Below are positions 13,975 to 27,631 of a stretch of 64,000 nucleotides of DNA, piece after piece (positions within the stretch are counted from its first letter, which is position 1; each line of letters opens with the position of its first letter). This DNA is from Octopus vulgaris. Taxonomy: Eukaryota. The position numbers and the translations under genes were made by a program. A model generated the notes under the pieces. It searched no databases. It saw only the letters and a list, made by a program, of their open reading frames with translations, and had not been told where the DNA came from. The DNA is taken from positions 18,600,001 to 18,664,000 of the forward strand of contig OX597817.1 in the NCBI GenBank assembly GCA_951406725.2. The letters are read 5' to 3'.

Positions 13975-14252
13975 CTCACGCCAGAGGGAGGTAAGTCCGG
14001 CGTGAGGGATCTCACCGTAGAATATACACGCAGCAAGTTTAGATGGGCTGGACACGTCGCTCGGCTCACCGACAATCGGTGGACCCGCGCAGTTGTCGAG
14101 TGGTAGCCTCGCGAGCGGAAACGCCCACTCAGAAGGCCTCCACGGCGGTAGAGTTACGATTTCAGGAGGGCGATTGGGATCACATGGAGGCGAAAGACGC
14201 AGTCCAGAGAGGAGTGGACAGCGTACTGTGACCAGCGGCCAAGGTGATCAAG

Positions 14253-14256
<4 letters not shown>
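13975..14256 (+). pseudogene. RTE-clade LINE 3' fragment
   Basis: KFRWAGHVARLTDNRWTRAVVEW*PRERKRP.RRPPRR; tail (CAAGGTGAT)2 then (TA)n. Confidence 0.85.
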
Positions 14257-14349
<93 letters not shown>

Positions 14350-14839
14350 GTGTACATATGTTTAAATATATATATACATAGACGCAGACAAACACACACA
14401 AATGGAGACCAAAGCAACACCTTGTGCCTGCCATAACAAAAGAGAAACACTTATAGGTTTGTTAACAAAATTCTACATGCATTAATAAAACACAAACAAT
14501 AATATCCACAAATTTTCATCAATGGAAAAATTTCTAAAACACCTTTCCATAACAACCAACTATAAAAACCTAATTACCACCCCACTCCAATCCACACGCC
14601 CAAAGTTGATTTCAACTCAACAGAAACTATATAGATGCTGTTCCAAAACTTATGCGTCGCAATCCAATGATGGCTTACCAGGCCGAAACTTCAAAGTCAG
14701 TGTTAGCAGTATTCTTGTTTCAGAAAAATAAATTTATACTCTAGAAAAGTATACAGTGACCCATCAGATTAATGTAAAATTCTTGTTATTACAACTGAAT
14801 ATAAAAACAAACATTAATACACGCACACAGACACAAACA

Positions 14840-14897
<58 letters not shown>

Positions 14898-14984
14898 TTG
14901 TAGTCATAAATCGAGAACTCGGTAAAAGAAAGCATTTCTATATATTTGAATACAGAGATAAATGATTATTTTTCCAAGAAATTA

Positions 14985-15120
14985 TTCCACCGAGGTTTGC
15001 TTTTCATCCTCTGAGGATCGATAAATTAAGTACCAGTTGCATACTGGTGTCGATCTAATAGACTGGCCACCTTCCCTAAAATTTGAGGCTTTGTGCCTGC
15101 AGTAGAAAAGACTATTATTC
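14985..15120 (+). mobile_element. 5'-truncated SINE B with alternative tail (B2)
   Basis: Core TTTCATCC...GATAAATTAAGTACCAG followed by AAATTTGAGGCTTTGTGCC...AGAAAAGACTATT. Confidence 0.65.
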
Positions 15121-15754
15121 CAGGAAATTAATGAAGTACTCAAAATCTTGTGGCGCGTACACACACACACATTATATACATATATACATGCATGTATACA
15201 TGCATACATACACATACATACGTACATACATACATACATACATACATACATACGTACATACGTACATACATACATACATACATACATACATACATACATA
15301 CAAACAAAAATACCCTGTTGTTGATGTTGCAATTCCAATGAAAGCCTTGGATCTAGGTTAGAAACCTCTTCTTTCTCTATTGGCAAGAAATCTTGAAATA
15401 AACTGAATAATGACATACATACATACACACTCATACATACATACATACATACATACATACATACATACATACATACATACATACATACATACATACACAC
15501 ATACATACATACATATATACATACATATATACATACATACAAAAATACGGAGGATGGCACATATGCATAACACATCCATATTAGCAGAAATGAAGAAATT
15601 GTATTGCTTCTGATCAGGTTTCAAATCTAATGACACTGACAACACTTCACCTCTTCTGAAATATTACTCTATAACTCATTGTGTTTTTATCTTAATGTTA
15701 TACTTATTAATTATTCCTTAAATAAATTCATGTTTGGTTCTATCAAGAGCGAAT

Positions 15755-16088
15755 GTATAGTATCAGAAATATTTTAATCTCCTTTTACGTTTCATAGGAT
15801 TTTAAAAATTATATGTGTGTTTCTGTTACTCAGCTCTTGCTAGTTTTCGCTGACTGCCTTTTTTTATGGTGAAAATTTAGCCTATAATCCTGTATATATT
15901 AAATCTTATCCTAAATTAAAGTATAGTATCAGAAATATTTTAATCTTTTTTTTACGTTTCTTATGATTTTAAAAATCATACGTGTGTTTCTGTTACTCAG
16001 TTCTTGAGAGTTTTCGCTGACTGCCGTTTTCCTTATGGTGAAAATTTAGTCTATCATTCTGTATATATTAAATCCTATCCTAAGTTAA
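15755..16088. repeat. Tandem duplication, two ~166-bp units
   Basis: GTATAGTATCAGAAATATTTTAATCT at 15755 and 15921, collinear throughout. Confidence 0.9.
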
Positions 16089-16250
16089 TGGCCAACCCCA
16101 GCGTATAATAGAAAACACTAACCCGAAGAGCCGTGTATTAAAATCGAACTCGAAATCTTGTCGCTACCTTACTAATTTCTTGTCCACAGAGGAAATGCTT
16201 ACACACATTTCCGCCGAGTACATTTATATTTTATATAAATTGCCTAAATT

Positions 16251-16482
16251 GAAGGCGGCGAGCTGGCAGAAACGTTAGCACGCCGGGCGAAATGCGTAGC
16301 CGTATTTCGTCTGCCTTTACGTTCTGGGTTCAAATTCCGTCGAGGTCGACTTTGCCTTTCATCCTTTCGGGGTTGATAAATTAAGTACCAGTTACGCACT
16401 GGGGTCGATGTAATCGACTTAATCCGTTTGTCTATCCTCGTTTATCTCATCTGTGTTTAGCCCCTTGTGAGTAGTAAAGAAA
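16251..16482 (+). mobile_element. SINE family B, full length
   Basis: 19-bp TSD TATATAAATTGCCTAAATT (16232-16250, 16483-16501). Confidence 0.9.
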
Positions 16483-18628
16483 TATATAAATTGCCTAAAT
16501 TTTCTGCTAACTGCTTGATTTGAGAAGGGATATTCGTTGCTCAATTAGAACCGTTTATTTAATAAAATTTGGAGACCGTAATCTTTATACTCATTAGAAC
16601 CCACTCTGTTGATAATCTGTAAAATCTATGCTTTTGTGCACCAATTCTACATTACAACCTTGTTATATGACGTCAGATTATATTCGACGCCACTTATAGT
16701 GATGCAGTATTGTTTATATACAGTATAAAGATTCCAGTTTCACTGTTCTAAATTCAAATGTTCCCCAAAATTCAATTTCATTTTTAATCACTGAAGTCGA
16801 TAAATGAAGAAACACAAATTACATCCCAAATTAACAACAGACAAATGATTTGATATTTCATTTGTGTGTTAGTTTAGTGAATTTTAAACCCAGACTCACA
16901 CAAGTTTGTAAATTTGCTTTTTCTATTTCAAACGTTAAACTAATTAGAAAACAAATACTGAGGTCAAGAATTTGTTTATAGATACTGCCGAATAAATTAA
17001 CTTGAATAACCCAATAAATTTATAATTGATATAAGGAAATTAAACATAGTCATGAAATCAAATATTCATTATTCAAAGAAGTTGTTTAAGAATTCTTTAT
17101 TCAAAATCACGGATACGAAAAGAGAATATATTCAGTTCGGCTAAACTTAGTAAAGATATTAATTACATTTTCTGTCTCTTGACAACCTGGCACTCTATCA
17201 CCCTCACCAAAATGTTTTACAATACTACAACATAAAAAGAATACTCCCTATGTAGCAATAAAACACAAAGATCATTCAGCTTCCTTTAGTTAAATTTTGT
17301 AATAGAAATGCAGTGAGCAGAATATTCGCCATTAATACCAAGATATTTTTTGTTGTTGCTGCTGTTATTGTTGTTGATGTGGCTCCTATTGTTGTTATTG
17401 ATAATGATATTGTTATTGTTGTTGTAACTATTGTTTTCTGAGATAGTTGTTTTTAAGCGTTTAAAAGAAAATAGTGAAATCAAAGAGAATCGGAGAACAA
17501 CGGTAAAAGGAATAAAACTCCATCAAAGGAAGTTATGTAGCCAAGCGATTAGACCGGAATTATGATGGAAGAAAAAATGAAACGAATTAGGTACAATATA
17601 ATAAATAAAGCAGAATACAAATGAAAGGTGGGAACATTGCTTAAAAGTTTGAAAGACAATTACGTTGTATCCATAGTATAGATCTTATAAAGCGTATGGA
17701 AAATATAGAAGAATTTAAAGAAGAAAAAAAAAACAAAAACAAACAATAACAATGATATCTTCAACAAAATAACAACAAGAGAAAGAATAATTTTAAATAT
17801 GTTATAAAAAAAAACACGACTACTGAATTAGCAATAAATATAACCAAGTATATCAAACCAGTGGAGAACAACAAATACGGCATTAACTACTAACCAACGA
17901 AAATTAAATAAAAATCACCAATACGGACTGCAACAAAAACTGCTAAATTTACAACTATGATGGGTATCAAAAATATGAACATTAAGAAGAAATGAAAAAA
18001 GGAGAAGAAGCAACAAATAGCTACAATCAAAAACATAATGATCTATAAACATAGGCAGTGAGGTTCTCTTATTACTGATTAAAACATAGGAACGACAATC
18101 TTATGGAACGTACTTTAACTTATCAAAGACCTCCAAAATAAAAAGATTCAGATATAGAAAGAAACTTCAAAGTATAGAATACGTGCTAGCTATAACAATT
18201 CACCAGACCGTATACAATCATGTTGCCTCACCTAAAAACAAAAGGAAAAAAAAAAGAATAAAAGAAAGAAAAACAAAACTAATACAAAAGGATACCACAA
18301 GAAAACAAAGCAAAAAAACCATATATACAGAAAACTTTTAAATGCTATAAAAATATTGAAAAGCTAATAACTAAAATCAAATACTCTAAAAGCCATAATC
18401 TTTATTCTGAAGCTTACAGGGAAAATTGGGTTTTGGGTGTAAGACATCATTGTATTGAATATACAAATTTGAACAAAGAAGGAAATTAATGTTGATCTGT
18501 GAAAGGATATGCATAAATTAGCACTGGCATGTACACATGCAAATGTAATTTGTCTTTACATGTATACGAATAATGAAAATGTGTATCCGTTATGTGTATG
18601 GGTTTTACAATTCCTGTATATATATATA

Positions 18629-18865
18629 TATTTCTTTATTGCCCACAAGGGGCCAAACATAGAGGAGACAAACAAAAACAGACAGACAAAGGGATCAAGT
18701 CGAATACATCGACCCCAGTGCGTAACTGGTATTTTAATTATCGACCCCGAAAGGATGAAAGGCAAAGTCGACCTTGGCGGAATTTGAACTCAGAACGTAA
18801 TGGAAGACGAAATACGGCTATGCATTTCGCCCGGCGTGCTAACGATTCTGCCAGCTCGCCGCCTT
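18629..18865 (-). mobile_element. SINE family B, full length
   Basis: Matches the family along its length; sits in (TA)n. Confidence 0.9.
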
Positions 18866-18931
18866 TATATATATACAGATGTATACACACGCACACATAC
18901 GTACAAACACTCATACGCACATACATGTATA

Positions 18932-19079
18932 GGCATAGGTGTGGCTGTGTGGTAAGAAGCTAGCTTCCCAACAACATTGTTCCGGGTTTAGTCCCACTGC
19001 ATGGCATTGGGCAAGTGTCTTCTGCTATAGCCTCAGGGCAACCAAAGCCTTGTTATATATATACGACGGGCTTCTTTCA
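18932..19079 (+). mobile_element. SINE family A 5' half with inverted internal piece
   Basis: Head present; ATATACGACGGGCTTCTTTCA is the reverse complement of the expected segment. Confidence 0.75.
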
Positions 19080-19090
19080 TATATATATAT

Positions 19091-20995
19091 AGTCAATCCA
19101 AACCATGAACAAGAAAGAAAAAAAATCGTGAGGACGTGGAATAAGTACAGTGTTATTGGACGCTCAGGAAAGGAAAGAAAAGAAAGAATATTTCACGTTT
19201 CGAGCGGAGCTCTTCGTTAGAAATATAGAAAAAGTCCAAAGAAGGGAAGATGGAGACAGAAAATCGTCAACGATACACACGCCGTCACATATTGAAATGA
19301 CCGAAAGGGAATGGGTGAAGAAAAAGTTCTTTCAAAGACAGAAGAGCGCAAGAGAAGGAGGTATATGTGTGTATGTGCATGCGGGCAGGTGTGTGTGTGT
19401 GTGTAATGATAGCACGTGTGTGTGTGTGTGTGGTTGTGGCGGTTTATGTATGTGTGTGGTTGGGCTTATTATCGTTTAAGGTCATAGGAAGAATTTATGG
19501 TAAGAATTTTGGTAGGAGTGGCTGCCTTTTGTGTGTCTACCTACACACGTGCGTAGGAGAAAGGTCAGTTGGAAGTTACTGGTAGTTTGAAGTATGTGTG
19601 TGCGTGTATGTATATGCAGTGTGTGTGTGTGTACATGTATGTATAATTGTGTACGTGTATGTATGAGTGTGTGCTGTGTGTGTATGGGAGGTATGTGTAG
19701 GTTCATTTGCGTGTGCGTGTGTGTGTATGTGTGCGCGTGTGTATATAAGTGTGTGGGTGTGAGTGTGAGTGTGCGTGCATATGTACATGTGTGTGTATGC
19801 GCCTGTGTATTTTGTGTGGGTGCACGTGTGTGCGTGCGTGTGTATTGTTGTGCATGTATGTGTGAACGAGCGGTTCTGTATGGTATATAGGTGCTTTTTT
19901 ACGCGTGTATGTGTGCGTGTGTATGTGTGTGCTTGTGTGGGTATGCGTGTGTATATACGTGCATGCGTGGGGTTGTGTGTGTTAGGTATATGTGCATTCA
20001 TGTGCGTGTGTGCGTGCGTATGTGTGCGCATGTGTGTGTGTGCGTGTGTGTGTGTGTTTATATGTGTATGCATATGTATATGTGTGTGTGCGTGTATGTA
20101 AACATTGTGTGTGTATCTATATGTATGTGCGTGCATGTGAATTTTTGTATGAGTGTGTGCGTGCGTTGTGTGTGGGGTTTGTGTAGGCGTATGTGTGCGT
20201 ACATGTGTGAATGTGAATGCGTATGCTTATGTGCGTGTTTGCATGTATGTGCGTGTGTGTTTGTACCCATATGTATGTAATTGTGTATGTGTGTCTGTAT
20301 ATGTATTGTGTGTGTTTGTATGCGTATTGTGTGTGTTGGAGTTATATGTGCGTACATGTGCTAGTGTGTTTGTGTATGTACATGTGTATATATAAATATG
20401 TGTGTGCGTGTGTGTATTTGCGTGTGTATATGTTTGTGTGAACATGGAGATGGATGTCGGGTTATGTGTGTTATATAAGTATGTGTGTATGTGTGTGTGT
20501 GTGTGCGTTTGTGCACGTGTGTGTGTGTACGCACATATGCGTGTGTGCACGTGGGTGTATGTGTGTGTGTATGTATGCGTGTGTGTGCATGTGTGTGCAT
20601 GTGTGTGCATGTGTATGTGTGTGGAAGCGTGTGTGTATATGTGCATGTATGTGTGTTGTATGTGTGTGGTATGTGTAGGAGGTATATGTGCGTTCATGTG
20701 TGTGCATGGGTGCGTGTGTCTTTATGTGTGTGTGGTTGTGTACGTATGTGTGTGTATGTGTGCGTAAATACAGAAATAAAAATATAAATAATATAAAATA
20801 GAGTTGAAAGGAGATAAAGAAGTTAATGCAATATAAAATGGCGCAATTACAATCAAGAATGAAAAGTAAAATAAGGTTGCTCTGTTGCAGGAGGTGTAGA
20901 GGGAGTCAATAGGACGAGGAGGTTGTGTTTAGTCCGAAGGGGATAGTTGTTCGTAGATTAAAGATATACCGCTGTTCCTGGCGGAATCGTGAGAA
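19091..20995 (-). mobile_element. 5'-truncated Neptune-type PLE
   Basis: Minus strand RFRQEQRYIFNLRTTIPFGLNTTSSSY* (GIY-YIG C-terminus, ~20926-20995), 1.4-kb AC-rich tract, then pLTR with degenerate HHR (19188-19226) abutting (TA)n. Confidence 0.7.
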
Positions 20996-22600
20996 TTTAG
21001 TAGGGAATATTTCACTTAGACTTTCTAGAATATCTGCTAATGTTGATATCTTCAACGATAAGGCTGAATTTTATAGCTCTGCCTTACTTGAAACTGGCTA
21101 TAAAGAAAGAAATACCTATATTAACCCTATTGACATTAATTCTACTTCTATTAATCGGGACATGAAATCAAGTCACAACGATATTAACAGTGTTAATTTT
21201 ATTTCGAATAACAACACCAAATTGAGTAATGTAATTCTGCGGCGTAAGGGAGTAATGTAATTCTGCGGCGTAACCGTTATTTAAGACTCTTCTTTCGTTA
21301 TAAAGATACATCGAAGATTTTTAAAGATAATACCGTTATAACAAAGTATGTCATAGCAAAACTGTTTGGTTAATAATTCCTTATGATAAGCATATCAAGT
21401 CCAACCTCCATCACCAGTTTCGTGAAGCTATGGAAAAGAATTTCCCAAGAAATTCAAGCTGCTATTCGATTATTAATTCACACCGAATCAGGATAGGTTT
21501 TTCTAACGCAAAGATCTGTCACAAATCATCTCTTCGCATAATAAGTTGTTAAATACAAATCCACTTAATGAAAATATTAACACTGATTTTTTTAACACTA
21601 ACCATCCTTTAAATAATAATAGCAGCGGTGTTAGTGTTTCTGATGTTGACTCCAATCGCATTCGTTTTCTTAGCAGTAATTCTAAGAAAAGAAATTCTAT
21701 TTATCAATGTAGAATTACTTCCGGTTCTCACCTCTTTTTTTATAAGGTAGTTCTTCATCTCAGTTGTCCAAAACAATATCTAATCATTACTCTACATTTA
21801 GACATATCAATAAACGTAACAATATTGGGCTTAGTAAATCAATTTGGTATCAAAACGATCATAATAAAAATTTGATTTGGAATGGAATTTTCTTTTGATA
21901 TCTGATCCGTATGATAAAGGTAAATTTTTTGTCTGCTTTGTAACAGTGAAATGTATCTCATCCTATTATCTGAGAATCCTCTTATAAACACGCTTACAGA
22001 ACGCATTTATCGTTGTAAACATTGGCAGAAACATACCTTTAGTTCCTATAAGTGATTTCTACCATACCATTCTATAAAATTCGACCTTTGACTGTCTTTT
22101 TACATTTCACTTCCGCTAAATATATCCACTTCCATGCCTTTTAAGCTTTATTCCTATTCACCTATCGCTCTATACCTCTCAACTATTAGTTTTCTGCTAA
22201 TTTCTTTCTTTCTCCTCCTCTTTCTAGGAATCTAAATCGGAGTAGACCTTTCACGTTATATCTACTAACGGTTTAAAAAAAAACTTGCTAAGTTATCAAA
22301 TTCTGTGAAATGACTAATTGATATGTTTGGTTTCTTTCTTTTCCTGATGAGAAGATTGCATTGTTTTACACCATTTTATTCTGGAATAAACCAATGTTTT
22401 CTTCGCAACAAATGTCGGAAATAAAATGATTTGAATAACACCTGCGTTTAACTCCATTTATTTATTCATCTATATTATACAAAAACACTTCACCTAAACC
22501 TGGAGTTTCTACCTTTATAAGTAGGCTGTTACATCCTTGGTACTTGTGTGAAATTTTGCAACCCTGGTAACTATTTATTTTTCCCGTGTTATTTGTAAAC
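20996..22600 (+). mobile_element. 5'-truncated Naiad-type PLE, frameshifted RT thumb plus GIY-YIG
   Basis: NISLRLSRISANVDIFN...ALLETGY; VWLIIPY...NFP...IISSHNK; IYQC...NHYSTFRH...LSKSIW...CLLC..E...RCKH; HHR at 22339-22421. Confidence 0.85.
22339..22421 (+). ncRNA. Type I hammerhead motif (C3-G8), A13 mutated
   Basis: UUUUC-CUGAUGA-GAAGAUUGCAUUG...CAAUGUUUUCUUC-GCAAC-AAAU-GUC-GGAAA. Confidence 0.7.
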
Positions 22601-22689
22601 ATTGAAACACACACACACACACACACATACATACATACATACATACATACATACATACATACATACATACATACACATATCTATCTATC

Positions 22690-22773
<84 letters not shown>

Positions 22774-23038
22774 AGCCACACATACTAATGCATTACATTT
22801 ACTCTAGCTAAGATATCGATTTCCTTTCTTTCTCCTAGCAAATATTCTGTAAATATAAATATTTGCAATCCAGTCTCGTGGCTACAAATACACATAAACA
22901 CACACGCACACGTACAAACACATTTACACACAATACATTTACGTATACATATATGTACATACATGTACATGTGCGTAAAATACACCCAGGCCCCCTACAT
23001 ACTTACATACACACACATACATACATACATACGTACAT

Positions 23039-23070
<32 letters not shown>

Positions 23071-23071
23071 C

Positions 23072-23130
<59 letters not shown>

Positions 23131-23835
23131 GTATGCACTCTCACACATATTTATGCATATATATTTACATAGGAAGCAGATAGACAAACAACTCTTGAAG
23201 GTTCTCTGAGTTACAACGATGTAAAATTTATTTATGTTCTTAGCTATTTCATTGGCATACATGCTCAGCGATAAGGTAGTTTCATTATCGGCAAAACAAT
23301 GATACATCGTTGTGATAGAGGAAAAGAGAAACAATCTAATAGAAAAAGAATATTTATACTACAAGAATGCTCATCAATATACTTTCAGAATAATTTATTT
23401 CACGCTGAGGAATATGCATGTTGCTCCAAACTTTATTATCAATTTAACATTCTGAAATTAAAATTTGCATTGCCAAAATTACAGTGTTTTTTCTCATGCC
23501 TTCTACTCATTAATAATGATTTGTTATTTAGACAAGGTGTTGCAAATGTGCAGCGTGGGAGAAATAAGATTATGAAATATTCCTCATGTTATTAAAGTCA
23601 CACACGATGTGAATCGAGTGAACTATCTTGAATCGCTATTAAATACCACAATAGTTAACCATGAATTTTCGTTACAGTACTCCTAAGCAAGGGGAGCATA
23701 TGTACATACAATAGAAAATTACTAGACATGTCAAGGAAAATTAAACTTAAATATGTCGAACTAACAATTGTGTGACATGTACGAGGGTTTATTATTGTTT
23801 CTTTCCCATAATGTTTATTGTTTATTTACTTATGC

Positions 23836-24053
23836 TACCATCATTTTTTCCATTTTAATGCACATTTTTTTTTAAATAAAGGGAAGTAACTCTCTAAAAA
23901 TGTCTACGATGAGTCAACGATTTAAAAAAAATTTACCATAATTTTTTTCCATTTTTAATGCATTTTTTTGCTATTTTTTTGCTATAACTCTCTAAAAATG
24001 CTTATATAGTTATTTCCCTTACAAACCCGAGCAACGCCGGGCGATACTGCTAG
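23836..24053 (+). mobile_element. Helitron 3' half (same family as 12974)
   Basis: Same CCCGAGCAACGCCGGGCGATACTGCTAG|T end. Confidence 0.85.
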
Positions 24054-24756
24054 TAACAGATAATTCCCATTGTACAATTTTTACAGTAGATATTATTAAC
24101 TTGACGTCCGTATTTACGTCCTTTGTCAATAGTTTCTTGCTTTTCTATTAACAATTTTAAAAGGTTTCTTAATCCATCTAATGCATTTCACGGTGGAGAC
24201 CGTTCTTGAGTTTATGGTAGTGATATTATTTATACCAAAGTATTTGGATTTTAATATTCTCATTATATTTGGGAAATAGTCTATCCTGATTGTGTTTCTC
24301 CTTGCTCTCTCCTTTAGTCCTTACATATTCTCTGAGCAGGCGTTTTATATTCAAGAGTATATAGAAAACCATCACATCTCTTTCACCTCAGATTCTACAT
24401 TCAACTAATATGTCTTCCCCTGTCTATTTACTTCTTGATGGATTTTATCTTGACCGTTTCACCCTTCTCGGCTACAAGCAAGTCTTTTCGTTTGTTTCTT
24501 TAACACTCCATTCTTTAGTCATTAAAGTAATTTCTGATCTGGATACCTACCTGTACTTTGAAAAAGTTTCCATGTGAACATTTTCGTCAGTATCCTTTTT
24601 TGTTCGGAGGATCATTTTCTTTTCCTTCAGATAAAATATATGTTGTTACTGCTAGCAAAAGCGCTTCCTCGCTGTTAGAAGCGTATTTCTTTAAATTATC
24701 TACTACTTTTGCAGTATTTTTTACATTTTGCAGTATTTTTACGATTATGTGAGTAC

Positions 24757-25455
24757 ATTATCATCATCATCATCATCATCGTTTAACGTCCGCTTTCCAT
24801 GCTAGCATGGGTTGGACGGTTCAACTGGGGTCTGGGAAGCCCGAAGGCTGCACCAGGCCAGTCAGATGTGGCAGTGTTTCTACCGCTGGATGCCCTTCCT
24901 AACGCCAACCACTCCGAGAGTGTAGTGTGTGATTTTATGTGCCACCGACACAGGTGCCAGACGAGGCTGGCAGACGGCCACGCTCGGATGGTGTTTTCTT
25001 ATGTGTCACCGACACAGGTGCCAGACGAGGCTGGCGGACGGCCACGCTCGGATGGTGTTTGTTACGTGCCCTCAGCACGGAGGCCAGTCATTGCGGTACT
25101 GGCTACGGTCACGTTCGGATGGTTTTCTTATGTGCCACCGGCACTGGTACCACAAGGATACAAATTCCATTGATGTTCATCTATTTTGATTTGGTTCGAT
25201 TTGATTCGATACGATTCGATTCTCACTTGCCTCAACAGGTCTTCACAAGTGTCACAAGAAGGAAGGTATGCACAGGTGGACTGACTACGTCCCAGGTAGG
25301 GGCCACGGATTATGGCTTCACTAGTCTTGCCGGGTCTTCTCACGCACAGCATACTTACATAGGTCTCGGTCTCTAGTCATTTCCATGGTGAGACCTAATG
25401 TCCGAAGGTCGTGCTTCACCACCTCGTCCCAGGTTTTCCTGGGTCTACCTCTTCC
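24757..25455 (-). mobile_element. 5'-truncated RTE (BovB-like) LINE with long 3' UTR
   Basis: GRGRPRKTWDEVVKHDLRTLGL...DRD; ~63-bp tandem units in the UTR; tail GGACGTTAAAC(GAT)n. Confidence 0.8.
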
Positions 25456-26935
25456 AGTACTCACATAATTATATGTAATGGAATCGTAATGGAATTGATA
25501 GAATTATAATCAGTATTTGACCAATGCTATAATGATATCTTCATCTTCTTGTTTGTCATATATGTATGTGTGTTTTTGTATAAATATAAATATGCATATA
25601 TAAATACATGCATGCATACATATAAATATATATGAACACAAACATATATATATATACATATCATACACATCTTGGGTTCATTATATATATATGTATTCAT
25701 ATGTTTATTTTTGGGGAAGTTGTGTTTGTATGTGGATGCGTGCGTATGTATGCGTGTGTATGAGTGTGTGCATGCGTATATATGCGTGTGTATGCGTGTG
25801 TTTGTATTAGTGTGTGATTGCATGCGTATATGATAAGAAACGTGGATAGTGTTTGTGTTGTGAATGCACAGTAGTTCATTAATTCAGATCAGTAAATTTA
25901 CGTCCGAAATTTAATCAGTTGTGGTCCCTTTCGTTCTGTGATCCGTTGTTCTTAATTCGTATCAAGCTGGTCTAACTATAGAGCAGATTATATGAGGAGA
26001 AAAGCTAACATCTTTAAGATGAAGATGACCACGACGACGACGACGACGATAATGATGATGATGATTATGATAGCGTTCACGATGATAATCATCAGCACCA
26101 AGGTCCACACAAGCCAAAGCAGCAGCGTCTACAATACGGATCTTGCTTCACCGTTTCTTACTTTCATTCGTTCTCTCTCTCTCTCTCACCCTCCCCATAT
26201 CATCCCCCACTTCCCTCGACATAAATTCTTGTAAAGCCATGGAAATGTAGTCACGCCATGTCCTTCCTTATCAAAGTAAATAAATCCATTAGATTGTTAC
26301 CAGCCAGAAGAATATGAATGCATTGACTAAATCCGTAACAGGTATGCTTAAAACGCAATCTAAGGTTCTCCGTATATAAATGAATCGAACCCATTAGGAT
26401 GCATATGAGTATAAAGACATATATTAGATATCAGAATAACCTCAGGCTTCAATGAGCCGTTGGTTTATAAGAACAAGAACAAATTCATCCAGAATCGCCC
26501 GTTATTAAGTTGTCGATTGTGATTTTATTTTCGTGTTTGCCTTCAGATTTAAGATCATATTCTCTCTGTTTTATTTTATGTCAGATGAAATGAATCAGAG
26601 TAGAAATGCAGATAAAAGACTTTCTTTTATTCATTCACTGTATTGTCTGATCGCATTTGTGCATCAAGCGATCACGTAATCGTTTCGACACTAACAGTTG
26701 TTGGTGTATAACAGGTTTTTCACGCATCAGGAGGTATCTTAATCATTATGTTCCACATAATGAAAACATCTCCCTTGTTAGGCAACGGACTGGCATTTTA
26801 TCAATAGTCTAATATGAAGAGGAAGAACAGCAGTTGGGGGAAATTTTCAGGCCCTATTGGAAAGAAGGGAAGGAAATAATTTTAAACCGGAACTGGACTG
26901 AATACTTACAACAGAATTGGCTGTGTGTTGAACAA

Positions 26936-26967
<32 letters not shown>

Positions 26968-27096
26968 GCCACAACAGCAGCAATAATAATAAGAATGATG
27001 ATGATGATGATGACGATGATGATGATGATGATGACGACGACGACTACGATGATGGTGATGATGATGATGATGATGATGATAATAATAATAATAATG

Positions 27097-27163
<67 letters not shown>

Positions 27164-27174
27164 TAATAATAATA

Positions 27175-27551
27175 ATGCTTTCTAATTGATGTATCAATAC
27201 CGGCAGATGACAACGTGTCTCTAAAAGAAATGGAGAAACTCCCAAAATACAAAGACCTGGAAATAGAGGTAACTAGAATGTGGAATCTGAAAACAGAAAC
27301 AATTCCTATCATAGTAGGTGCATTAGGCATGATAAAAAAATATTCAGACAAATACATAATAAAAACACCAGGACTTACAAACACATATAACATACAGAAA
27401 ATTGCACTACTAGGCACTGCACACATCCTACGCAGAACACTTACCATACAATAACCATCAGAGCATCACAACAAATCACAGCACATACCCAAGGCACACA
27501 GAGCTGCGCTCGGTAGTGAAGTGAAAGCACGCTATAAAAATAAAACTACTG
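27175..27551 (+). mobile_element. Dong/R4 LINE 3' end in (TAA)n
   Basis: LIDVSIPAD...KE.EKL.KYKDL...VGALG...IQKIALLGTAHILRR; (TAA)n on both sides. Confidence 0.9.
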
Positions 27552-27563
27552 AATAATAATAAC

Positions 27564-27631
<68 letters not shown>

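Noticed and set aside
17300-18480. A-rich block as a decayed PLE RT
   Set aside because: Only a weak LYP-SID-like hint; too degenerate to call.
24935-25150. CRISPR-like array
   Set aside because: Tandem units without unique spacers, in a eukaryotic LINE UTR.
26670-26735. Minus-strand CUGAUGC...GAAAC
   Set aside because: A9 mismatch, no NUH site and no stem I.
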